A stretch of 64,000 nt of DNA, taken from contig NW_002060946.1 in assembly GCF_000150275.1 (NCBI RefSeq), forward strand, positions 4,297,454 to 4,361,453, given 5' to 3'. This document shows, one piece after another, positions 27,901-47,111 of this stretch. The notes under the pieces were generated by a model. The model was given only the letters and a program-made list of their open reading frames with translations, was not told the DNA's origin and did not search any database. The translations under genes were made by a program, and so were the position numbers. Within the stretch, counting starts at the first letter, position 1, and each line of letters starts with the position of its first letter. This DNA comes from Trichoplax adhaerens (Eukaryota; Animalia; Placozoa).

Positions 27901-28345
27901 AGAAAGTTGCCAACTCGGGCTGAAAGATCGTTCTTACAGTATAACTTCGAGGTATGAACGGTAGAGAGGAAAATTATACACTTTGCCGTTTTCCATCTTC
28001 TACGATTAAGTCAACGCGTTTTACCATCATAAAGGAGTTCAAAGACGGCAGTAATAATGGAAGAAATTATTCTAAACGATTACGTACTGTGTTCATTCAT
28101 TAATTCATTATTCCTACCTTGGACAGCGTAATTACTCCTATAGCTTGAATGGATCAGCTTGTAAATGCTCGTTCAACGGATGGTATTGATCGTGAGATCC
28201 CTGATTGATATGTTGGCCTAATTGAAGAACAGTATTGCTTAATATACCTGATGATGAGTTAATATTTCGATCTGGCATCAACAAAAGTCCATGCCTACTG
28301 TTTACTCTAACATACCCAAGCGGATAGGCTAAATTAACAGCTACC
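24916..28345 (+). pseudogene. Probable heavily decayed TPR ... (ZU5?) ... death-domain gene
   Basis: Interrupted translations with TPR-like spacing (GTA*RKI*ILFHHTLQENDQ/EASKFYRKKLDL at ~24990-25095; YRLAIKDFT ~25800; SKGRCYF ~26235; KADCIANL ~27075). A death-fold-like relic follows an AG at 28143 (LEWISL*...GIDREIPD*YVGLIEEQYCLIYL...ASTKV). Many stops and frameshifts; pattern recognition only. Confidence 0.3.
25221..25496 (+). repeat. Diverged direct duplication (~110-145 bp x2)
   Basis: 25221-25367 (atgatataaaattacattgaaatttt...aaaatagtg...cagaagaaagaactgcttctgtggctacgatctt) versus 25386-25496 (atgatataaag...tacattaaaatttt...aaaatagta...cagaagaagaactgcctttatgactacgatctt). Confidence 0.65.
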
Positions 28346-28449
28346 ATGGCAGCACTGTTTACAATTATTATACACTGTAGAATAACTGTAAACAGGGCTA
28401 TAAACTGTATATAATAGACACAGTAGTTTCTGTTTAGAGGCAAATATTT

Positions 28450-30425
28450 TTCAGTACCAAGATATTGCTTAATTAGGCAGTTTGTGTCATAAGACGTAAA
28501 TTTGAAGTCGATTTGATCTTTCGTATGAAATACTGTAGTTGCGTTTCAGTACCAAGACATTAATTAACTACAAGTCGATTTTGATCTTGTTTTAGAATGG
28601 AAATAGTTGCGTTTCACTACCAAGATATTAATGGATGATCTTGCTTTAGTATGGAACAATTGTGTTTTAGGACTAGCGAAGATTAAAGTAGATTTTGATC
28701 TCGCTTTAGGTATGGAACAGTGGCATTTTATGAATGAACTGGAAGTAATTTTGATCTTACTTTAGTCTAGTTAAATTTCAGCACCAAGACATAACTTAAC
28801 TACAAGTCGATTTGATCTTGCTTTAGTTTGGAATGGTTGTAGTACCAAGATATTCATTAATCAACTGGTATTCTCGCTGTAGTTTGGAATAGTTACGTTT
28901 TAGTACAAAATTAAGTAACTGTAAGTAGATTTTGATCTCGCTTTAGTTTAAAATAGTTGCGTTTCATGAATGAACTGGAAGTAGATTTGATCTTGCTTTA
29001 GTCTGGTTCTATTTCAGTATCATGACATTAATTAACTACAAGTCGATTTGATCTTGCTTTAGTCTGGCTCTATTTCAGTACCATGACATTAATTAACTAC
29101 AAGTCGATTTGATCTTGCTTTAATATGGAATAGCTGCATTTTAGTACAAGATTAGCTGACTATAAGTAGATTTTGATCTTGCTTTAGTATAAAATAGTTG
29201 CGTTTGACGAATGAACTAGAAGTCGATTTGATCTTGCTTTAGTATGGAACAGCTGCATTTTAGTACAAGATTAGCTGACTATAAGTAGATTTTGATCTTG
29301 CTTTAGTATGGAACAGCTGCATTTTAGTACAAGATTAGCTGACTATAAGTAGATTTTGATCTCGCTTTAGTATAAAATAGTTTCATTTAACGAATGAACT
29401 AGAGATCGATTTGATCTTGCTTTAGTCTGGTTCTATTTTAGTACCAAGACATTGATTAACTACAAGTCCATTTGATCTTGCTTTAGTATGGAACAGCTGG
29501 GTTTTAGTACAAGATTAGCTAACTATAAGTAGATTTTGATTTCGCTTTAGTATAAAATAGTTTCATTTGATGAATGAACTATTTTTTAGTACTAGATTAG
29601 CTAACTATAAGTAGATTTTGATGTCGCTTTAGTATAAAATAGTTTTATTTGATGAATGAACTATTTTTTAGTACTAGATTAGCTAACTATACAGTAAGAA
29701 TTTTGATCTCGCTTTAGTATAAAATAGTTTCATTTGATGAATGAACTATTTTTTAGTACTAGATTAGCTAACTATAAGTAGATTTTGATCTCGCTTTAGT
29801 ATAAAATAGTTTCATTTGATGAATGAACTATTTTTTAGTACAAGATTAGCTAACTATAAGTAGATTCTGATTTCGCTTTAGTATAAAATAGTTTCATTTG
29901 ATGAATGAACTATTTTTTAGTACTAGATTAGCTAACTATAAGTAGATTTTGATTTCGCTTTAGTATAAAATAGTTTTATTTGATGAATGAACTATTTTTT
30001 AGTACAAGATTAGCTAACTATACAGTAAGTAGATTTTGATTTCGCTTTAGTATAAAATAGTTTTATTTGATGAATGAACTATTTTTTAGTACTAGATTAG
30101 CTAACTATAAGTAGATTTTGATTTCGCTTTAGTATAAAATAGTTTCATTTGATGAATGAACTATTTTTTAGTACAAGATTAGCTAACTATAAGTAGATTC
30201 TGATTTCGCTTTAGTATAAAATAGTTTCATTTGATGAATGAACTATTTTTTAGTACAAGATTAGCTAACTATAAGTAGATTCTGATTTCGCTTTAGTATA
30301 AAATAGTTTCATTTGATGAATGAACTATTTTTTAGTACTAGATTAGCTAACTATAAGTAGATTTTGATTTCGCTTTAGTATAAAATAGTTTCATTTGACG
30401 AATGAACTAGAAGTAGCTTTAATGT
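28450..30425. repeat. Composite tandem repeat: mixed ~55-62 bp monomers followed by ~10-11 near-identical 82-bp units
   Basis: Shared core gattt(t)gatct(t/c)gctttagt throughout. From 29532 the unit gattttgatttcgctttagtataaaatagtttcatttgatgaatgaactattttttagtactagattagctaactataagta recurs with period 82 (29532, 29614 ...); two copies carry small insertions. Confidence 0.95.
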
Positions 30426-30969
30426 AGTTCCATTCCGGTACCAAAACATTAGACATATCGCGCCTATATAAAGAGTACTTTGTTAGCTCATTAAGCGTGG
30501 TTACTATGCTAACTCAAGTCTTGATTCAGTGTCTTGGCTATGGGAATACAACATAGTTTAGGTACCGAGACTGTCGACAAAGAAATGGATATATATTCAG
30601 CAAATGTTAGTCTCCCCAACTATCGTTCATCGATAACGGTGCCATTAAACCAATCCATTCTGCCTTACTAAGTAGGACTATGGTAGTGCTATCGTAGTCT
30701 TTTCTTTTACCTCTATGGTACTAAGTAGAGAGCTCACAGTCAGTAAAATTAAAAATAAAATGTTTATTAAAAGGAAACGATAGGCGGTCTCCCCTTTCAT
30801 TCTCTACGACACTATAGCGCTTTAGTCTGTTCAGTACTGTAGTATATCTACAGTATCAACTTCCCCGATACACAACAGCACAGTAGGATAGTAAAAATAC
30901 TTGACCAACATCTTCTTACCATTTCTTACCCATCAATAAGGACAATCTCCGTCTCCTTGGACACTAATC

Positions 30970-33548
30970 ATGTCGTACGATGCCAAAATGGATTATTTAT
31001 CACGTAATATTCGTAATCCTTGGGCACGCCAAGCCTACATGCATATCATGGATGATGATCAAGATAAAAATTCAGATCCTGATCATGTAAGGCAAATTAA
31101 CTTTTATATTAGTTGAATAAAACGATCCAAATCATGGATGAACAAACTGGATGTTATAATCTAACACTTGCTGCAAACAGCCATATAAATAAATAACTTG
31201 TCGTCAGTTAGTTCTGCCAGCAGCAGCAGCATATCGAATTGAGCATTGATTTTATTTGGTATACATGACGTCAAGTACTCATTACCTACACTACTGCCAT
31301 TCAGCTCGATCATGGTTTTAATCAGTTTAATTGAATAATTTTATGCACCGTTTTATTCGACCTTATCTGATCAAAATATCGCTTTACATCTTCATGACCA
31401 TTTATGATTGCTTAGTACTTTATAATAGACGAATATATACTGTAACTGAGAAAGAAGATACACAATTCAGTAGTGGTTTAGTCTGCACGATGTGAAATGC
31501 TGATTAAGGAATACCCTCAATAATACTGTTATTGATGGCTTTCATCAATATCATCTAACTACGCTACAAAATGCCATTCAGCCACATACTGATCAAAGTA
31601 TCAATTTAGGTCTTCATGACGATCTACATACGTACAATATACATGTCACGAAGAAAGAAGAAATGTTACAATATTATTTAACAGCATATGGAATGCACCA
31701 TTGGATTAGTATGCATGATGTGAAATACTGATTATCTACACTACTGTCATTTCTGCTCGACTATGCTTTTAATCAACCACTCGGAGTTATTATTATACTT
31801 CAGCCTTATTCTGATCTTCTTCTTGACCATCTACACATGTATGATTGATGCAACTAAGAAAAAAATATTATAACATATTCGTTATTGAAGAAAATCAATG
31901 ATACGGGTATCGAACATTCGTTGATTAGATTCCACTCATGTTCAGTTTAATGGCTATCGTATAGCATATCTAGGCTACTATACGCACATAATAGTTTACA
32001 GAGCGTTTCCAGATAGCTTTAATGGATCTTAAATAGATCTCATTGATATCTCTTGTTCTTCTATCGAGTTATCACGATAATTAACTATGTTATTCATTGT
32101 AGTGGTACGATATTGATCTGGAAAAAATCGATTATAACCTGCGACATCTTTGTGTCAAAAGTACTATGGATCAAGAAACAAGACAATTTATTGATAGTTG
32201 CTGTGATGCATCAATCCTTAAAAATATTTTTGATTCAATTAGTTCTACATTTTTACATGCACTCTTTAGCCAGACAACAACGAATGGGTAAGTAAAACCT
32301 GTAAATTAATATCTTATAGTATCAGAGTTGAGCGTAGCATTCCATCGATATCTACTGTATCTTTTAATTTCTATTACTGTACCATGTTCCTTATACAGTA
32401 TAAAGGCGAATCTGTATAACAGCGTATATTCTATTTTAATGAACTATGTGCACACTATGTTCAAGAATTGTAGCTGATGCTATATAATCTTTATAAATAA
32501 GCCTACTAGGTCGTGGATCAATGCATATTTTCGGCAGACAGCAGTTCTTAACGCTTGTTGGTAAATCGGGAGACTGGAGGATTCCGACGATGCTTGATCT
32601 AGGAGCCGGTGATGGAAATATTACATCGGTTATGGCGGAATTTGTCGAAAAAGTCTCTGTAACTGAGGTATCGAAATCTATGAGATGGCGACTTAATCGG
32701 CGTGGATACCAGTAAGTGCAATATTCATGTTTCAATTTTAACTTTCAGAATGTCGGTGGCAATAGGGGATTTACATTTCACACGATTTAAGATAACAAGG
32801 AAAATATGATTTTACATCGTGTACTGCCATAAATATTATTGATTAGAGCTATGATTGCCATGGATTCCTTTGTAGATGTGTTGATGCTTTCACATGGCCA
32901 GAACTATACCCTGGAAAATTCGATCTAATTAGCTGTCTGAATGTCTTAGACAGAACTGATCGACCGTTAACCTTGTTATCCAATATTAAGAAGTGTTTAA
33001 AGCCTGGCAATGGCATTTGTATTATTGCCGTAGTTGTGCCTGTTTCTTGCTATGTTGAATCAGGTATTGCTCTTATATCGAGTACTAGTCCATTATAATT
33101 ATTTTAGATAGAGGTAAAAGCTAATTCATATTAAAGAACTTGTAGCTTTAGTTAATTACTACTTTACGTAGATACTCGTAATTCAGCAGGGGTGGCACTT
33201 CAATCGATCTAGTATGTCTTCTATTTAACGGCTTAATTTTACCGTCTGAAAGGAAGATTAGTGTTTATTTTTACAATACTCATTGCCTCTTTTGATCCAA
33301 TCACAATTAATAATTTGATAGGTTGGTTTGGCTCCAATACACCGTCCGAAGAACTGAATGTTAGCGACGATAATTTCGAAGAATGTGTCAATAGTCTAAT
33401 ACAAAATGTATTCAATCCGGCTGGATTCACTGTTGTTAATTTTACACGATTACCCTATTTATGTCAAGGAGATCTCTATGAAAATTATTACGTTTTAAAT
33501 GATAGTATATTTGTTCTTAAAAGTTCAATTCCGGTGACGCATATCTAG
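30970..33548 (+). CDS. METTL9: Protein-L-histidine N-pros-methyltransferase METTL9 (DREV1) (5 exons, ~308 aa)
   Basis: Exons 30970-31086, 32103-32287, 32502-32711, 32876-33063, 33322-33548. TTTNGLLGRGSMHIF, LDLGAGDGNIT, TEVSKSMRWRL, ISCLNVLDR, FTRLPYLCQGDL. Confidence 0.95.
31285..31860 (+). repeat. Degenerate ~230-bp tandem repeat (2-3 copies) in METTL9 intron 1
   Basis: Recurrent blocks ctacactactgYcatt...gctcga (~31287, ~31736), ctgatcaaa.tatc...tcttcatgac (~31367, ~31589) and tagt.tgca.gatgtgaaat.ctgatta (~31479, ~31707). Confidence 0.6.
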
Positions 33549-34322
33549 TGTTAGTTTTTAGTAACACTTTTGTAAATGGAAGTTCACTCTGATATAGTAT
33601 TTAATATTTGATTGAGAATATACTATGCAAAGATATAATTTCATTCTAGAAAATTTTATATAACGTACAGTATTTATATTTTTATGATATTACATACACC
33701 ATACTTGTAATAAAAAAGGCCTGAAGTAAATTCATTTCTTTTTATTTAAAGGTGTCAGTTTTAAAGTTAAACATACATTATATCATTCTTCATAAATATG
33801 CTTACTTAATAGCTAAGGTAATACCAAATACAGAAATAAAATAATGGATAAAAGTAAGTATTAAAGGAAAATAAGAAACATAAAGTGTAAATGACTAATA
33901 TCAATTAAACTGTCATGTCCAACTACCTTCAACTGATTCTGAACTTAAGCGCTATCTCCAATCATATTGTAACATAAAAATTTAAATCACTACATTCAGC
34001 TTTAATATTTTATAAGAAGGCTGGTTTTAATACATTTACTGTAATAATGAATCTCGCAAGCATCCTTACGGTCTGAATGTAATTATAATTTATAGTAGCC
34101 ATTGAAAGCTGTTATAACCCTTCAACACTATACTAGCAATAGAATCATCGGCGTGACTAATATACGCGCATTGTACATCAAGTGCATACAATAGCACTAC
34201 AAATCTGATGATAAACCAAAATGAGCTGATTTCTTAGCAGTATTTGATCAAAACGCGGTAGGGTAATGTGAGGAATGATCTATAATTTTCTAAGTGAGCT
34301 TACTCATGAGAAATTAAGGGAT

Positions 34323-35669
34323 TTAAATTGTTCCTTCACTGGTGTTTCGATAAAAGTCTCGTTGTATTAAACTAACGCGTGCATGAGTTCGTGATGGCTG
34401 CTCGATTGGAATTCGGCGGCCATATTCCGAAGATGATAGGATTGGAACTCTTCTTTCTCTTTCCTAGAAATGAAAGAGACAACGAATGAACTAACGGTTG
34501 CTATTTATAAACATCAAGACGATCTTAAAGGGATAAGATATTAGATCTAAGATTTATAAGTTGTCTACGGCAATTACCTCCCCATTAATATCTAAATCCA
34601 GTTTATGCTCACGATCATCTCGGTGTAGCTTTGCTATATAGCCTTCCTTCACATGTTGAACTCTGTCAAAGGGTGTAAGAACTTCACGTTCTTTCTTTGT
34701 ATTGAAATAGTTGATGCTCTTATGCTCTTCTTTAGCCTAATAGTTAAAAATAATAAAAGCAATGATTACGAATCGTAAGCAATGGTTACAGTAAGGGGAT
34801 AAAAACGATTAGTCCAATATCTGTCAACTTTAAATTTTCCAGCGAAGAATGATATAGTTGAAAACGGATTGGACGAAATTTTAAGTTACAAATTCCGTTA
34901 TGGTTAGAATCATTCATCATTAAGACTTTTCCCGTAGAGATTACGTGATATTATAATTATTTTTTATAGATTAAACAGAAAGCGACAGAGTCTACGTATT
35001 TCGGTATTAAATATCATCATATCATAACGTAAAAGCCTTAATTTCAATATATAAAATAAAAGAGACTTTACGATTCTAGTCTTTCAAAAGAAGTCTCCAA
35101 AAAAGCTTAATTTGGAGCTTTAAAAATACTCAAAAAGACTAGTATTAGGATCTTAGGCACAAGGATAATAACATCATCACTTATTTACCGTACAATGTAC
35201 TTAGTAATTAAACTGCCCATCGATTAGATTTAAGTTATTGTTAGAAGAGGAGTTACCAATTAGGATCTCATCTATTGGTAATTAATGATGATTACAATTT
35301 GCTATCGTATTTTATCTCAGAACTACTTTTATACGAAAAAAAGATGTTAATTGACGAAATTGTTTTAGTTTTTACAGTCAGTAACTTATGAGCTAAAAGA
35401 AGAAAAAGATACGATATTTTTCTTCACGAAATTATCTTTAACGTAAATATTAAGTAGGGCTAATTGAAGTTTAACGACATTGCCATGCGATGCATTGAAT
35501 ATACGTGATAAAAATCAGTAATATTAATGATTAACAATCTGCCTACTAATATAAAATAAGACTAACAAAATTGTTAGCATTACATGATTCAGTAATCTAG
35601 ATGATCATTACTATTCTATGAAATTAAGCATAAAATGCATACTAGGGAATGGGTCTCTTCTTCAGCCAT
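34323..35669 (-). CDS. CFAP90: Cilia- and flagella-associated protein 90 (C5orf49 family; ~108 aa, first exon tentative)
   Basis: Not in the ORF track. Exons 34578-34736 and 34323-34463 encode FDRVQHVKEGYIAKLHRDDREH...ERRVPILSSSEYGRRIPIE...DFYRN, matching the C5orf49 signature. Candidate 27-nt first exon 35643-35669 (MAEEETHSL, gtatgc donor, phase 0). Confidence 0.88.
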
Positions 35670-37724
35670 AATTTATTAATAGAGAGGCTTTCAACGGCTT
35701 AAATAATTACAAGTTGGATTATGAATTCTGTTTTAAATTATCCAAAGTGTTGTCAGCAAGGACTTTTCTTTGTGGAGGATGTTTGGGTAGCAGGGAAATA
35801 TTTATGCTAATAGTGAGAATTAATTGGCTAGTTTTCTATAAATTGCATCGACTATCAGCACGCCGAGTAACTTTGTTACATAACTCGTAGTAGCTGGTGG
35901 TAATCCACAGTACTGTATATCATGACATTGTTACCATAGCAACTAAAGCTTATGTGACTTCGATAGCATAATGGTACTGTTAATGTAGATGCTCTTATGA
36001 TAAGGAAGAATTCCAAAGCCATTATGATAGGAGATTTTATAGCACAACGGCAGTAGCAGACTAGGATAATATGTATATGAGATTAAAATATGAAATTTAT
36101 AAGTATAAGGCAACCGAATGAATTTGTTTAGGACAGCTATAAAATGTACGCCTATGTACAGGGGTATCGAATGCATAAATCATACGGATGGCAGAAATGT
36201 ACGAGTGGCGTAAGGTGTAATGATCCATTTTACTATTAATGCAATCATGAGAGATACTATGACGACATTATTAATGCAAGTAACAATAATAATAAATGGA
36301 GGAATGCAATCAGTTAAAAGTAAAACCAAGAAATCTTTGACGGCTTTATTAATATTACATTAAATAGACTTAAAAGTTATAGGATTTGGCTTAAATAGAT
36401 ACAATAGATAGAAAAAGTAACCTAAGAAATGATTACAAATATCTGCTACGACTATGATATAATTGCAAGCATAAATTATAGCATTAGCGATACGGTATTA
36501 AAGTATGTGAGATTGTATTAAAGAAACTATACTCTTTTTACTACGACGTTATTGATATTCAGTACTGAACTTTAATAATTCAGATCAATTGAAGGTAGTT
36601 TTCACTGGAACATTGCAAGCCTGCGGTAAGTCATTGCTAGCAAGACTCTATAATAACATGCTTTTACTCTATAGTAGGTCTATATCGTATATAGATTAGA
36701 GGTAGCGATTTTTGCTGGTAAATGATCAATTTTTGTTGCTTTTTATTGCTATCCATTTGTAATTTATAAATATATTAATTATAAAATTTAATCTTATACT
36801 TGGGGAAGATGTAGTCCTTAATATAGCGACAAATAGGATGAATACTATTTGTAAAATATTATATTTGCAGATAATCAATCCATTGGTCGATAAACATTAA
36901 TTTCGATATTAAAAAAAAATAAAATTAGCCAATAGAATTGGCAGTTAAATATCGGTTAAAAATACTATGTTCGTTATCAAAATTGGCCTTTGACTGATGC
37001 TTATCATTCTCTATTCTTGTTAGAAATATTTTCCGGTAACAGTATTATGTTACGCTAAAATCGTATACCTATAATATCGATTTGGATAGTTCGTTTGTAT
37101 TAACATTTTAACTACTACTTTTCATATAGCATAAGCACCATTAGTACCAGTCGATGATAAATTCAAAATAACCAGGACTATATACCGTAATACTTTTACG
37201 ATAGCAGCTCTAGTATCAACGAAAATAATTTTCAGAACATCTCTTACTTGAATATACTATACGTGCATCATACGTAACGTACCATAATCCTATCCAAAAT
37301 TTGTATCCATGTAAAAGCTTCAATAAAGCACATGTAAATATTACATTTTGTTAACTGCAATTTGTAAATTTAAATCTATGATATAATTCGTGTGATTATT
37401 TGTATTTAGGTCGATTTAGGCTGTACTTTGTTACTAATGACATCATATCAAATGATAAAAAGACATGCTCTCAGATTACTGGTATCATTTGCAAACAAAT
37501 GTTAAAATCTTAAACTAGAGATAGTAATCTGTAATATGATAAAATCTTTAAATCTAAGTTAACTACTTTAAGCATGTATCAAATATATAGTACTATACAG
37601 GACGCTACTATGGTAGGAATACTATATCACAAAAATATGGAAAATGATTCACTCCTGATTCAGATAGGCTCATACTATCATTCTTTAGAATAAAAAATCT
37701 GAGAAGGCGCTGATAGTCCCATTG

Positions 37725-44988
<7,264 letters not shown>

Positions 44989-47111
44989 AATTTGTCTATG
45001 GACAACATAGACTATCGTTTTCAGTAGATGGAAAGAGTTGATGTAATTGATCCTCGATGAGGCAGTCGTCTATCTAACCTGGACGGTAGATCACGTTGAA
45101 AATTGTTCAGATATCTTACAGATAGTTTGATGATGTGTGTGTACAAATAGGCAAAATACTACGTTAGTACAGAAAGCAGCAGAGGAAGTATAGAATTGAC
45201 TAAATCTTGATGCAAATTGCAATCAATTCACGTTATTGGTATATACTGTAAATAAGCTATAATTATATAATACTCAAGTAAGCTTGGTTAGTATGAACTG
45301 ATACTGTACCATGTACTGACTACTTAATCTACTGTAGGCGTCCACTTCACGAAAATTTCGACAATGGACAAGCTCTATAACCTATTTTGAAAAAGAGCCA
45401 TTTCACTGATATCGATGAAGGAGAAATTTCAATTTTCTCCCATCTCAAAGTCTATAAACTCCATCAATTCTTTACTAACTCATTACAGTCCTGTCATCAT
45501 CATGATGCTCACAGGACTCTTACTAGTGCTAAACGAAATTGACTGTCTACAGTGATGCTATTGCAACGTTGAAGCTCAATTTTCAAGCCCTATTTTTATT
45601 TATACTTTTGCTTTATTGGCTTCATACCTTATTCTATTCCCATTTTCAATTTTTATTCTTTCATAGGGTAATATGGTCAATCTCTCTGGCATTAACTGAA
45701 TATCGAGGATATAAATCATAGAGCCGAAAATTTTTGCTCCAAAGGTCGTAAGGAGAAGTCGTCCAGTGAGCTGCCAACCAACCAGACTATTCATTCGCCA
45801 ATGGTACAATATCCTTTAGCAGAGACATTCCATACAAAATGGTGTACACATCTGTGCCCTTTCAAACAGTATCCTTGTATCAACTTGCTAGCCTTCGCTT
45901 CACACTGTACGAAGTTTCAGGTTTCAGGCGTTACGTAACGCAGTCAAGTGTCACTCGGAAAGTCGACTGAACCTGAGTCATGGACTACCAGAGGGTCATC
46001 TGGTCGTCCGTCCATGGCTAGAAGTAGTGAACACAGTGATGGATGGGTCCATTCAGCTGGCAGCAGCAAGGTGACATTAATTTCTACGGCAGCTTTACAG
46101 TACTAAGTTACATGATCCCGTTATACCTATATACAATATGAGTGATTGTAGTGCTGTACGGTGCAGTATAGTATCCTAGCCATCCCAATTGTGCTTTACA
46201 TTTGTCCATGGTTCATAGGGGATAAGTAAACATTGACCCGCACCCGTATTCTGGATTCTGCATGGCCTGAGATTTCGATAGTACATGAAGAATAGTCAGG
46301 ATTAAATAGGAATCTACTAATTACATGAACATTTCATGAAATCATAAAAAGAATCTTTGGACTAAAACAGGTCGCAATCATATCCAAACAAAGACAAACA
46401 GACAGACAGACGCCCATCTACAGTATACAAGTACAATGCAAGCAGTCAAATACTGTACTCAGTGTACTGTAGCCAAGATGACTAGAAATATTGGACAGCA
46501 CAGTATAACGTACCGTATACTAGAAGATCTCTAGTGTAAACTACTATATACGCTCTCGCTTTTAGTACTGAACTGACTGATACTCGTAAGATTTTGTCTA
46601 GTCCACGCTAGCTAGCTATAATTGCAGAACAGCCATTTATATGTTTGCAGATCAAGACGTTAGGAGATCATTTAGACTAATGTTGCTCCACTTTCGCTCA
46701 CTTATTTGCTCTTAATACACTCACAAGGAACTGAAATTAATATTGGACAACGTGTTCTATAGTATGATAACGCAAGACATTGATTGTAGAAGAATTGGCA
46801 ACTCTTGGCTGTACTAACCCAACTTCACCAAGAATACAATCTGGACTAATGTTCTATTCTTGCTAGTATCATTTGCTTATAGGACAGTAAAAATTGACAT
46901 TATTAATACTTGATAAGGTATTGTATATGCTAATAACGAAAAGAAATCCATTAAAGGAAAATTTTCAAGTTTTGCTGGATTAACTGACTTAATCAAAAGG
47001 CTCAATCCTCGTCATTGATGCTACTCATAATATAATATAGTCATTGATATTGTTATTCGTTTTGAAACTACCTCGATTGATTGACTACAAACGACTAGTG
47101 TTACCTGGATC

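Noticed and set aside
28138-28443. 101-aa minus-strand ORF with a hydrophobic N-terminus
   Set aside because: Non-ATG start at the edge of the tandem array and no family motif; the opposite strand is better explained as a gene relic.
28450-30425. CRISPR-like array (constant core with variable intervening sequence)
   Set aside because: The intervening sequences are themselves repeated variants, not unique spacers; eukaryotic context and no cas genes.
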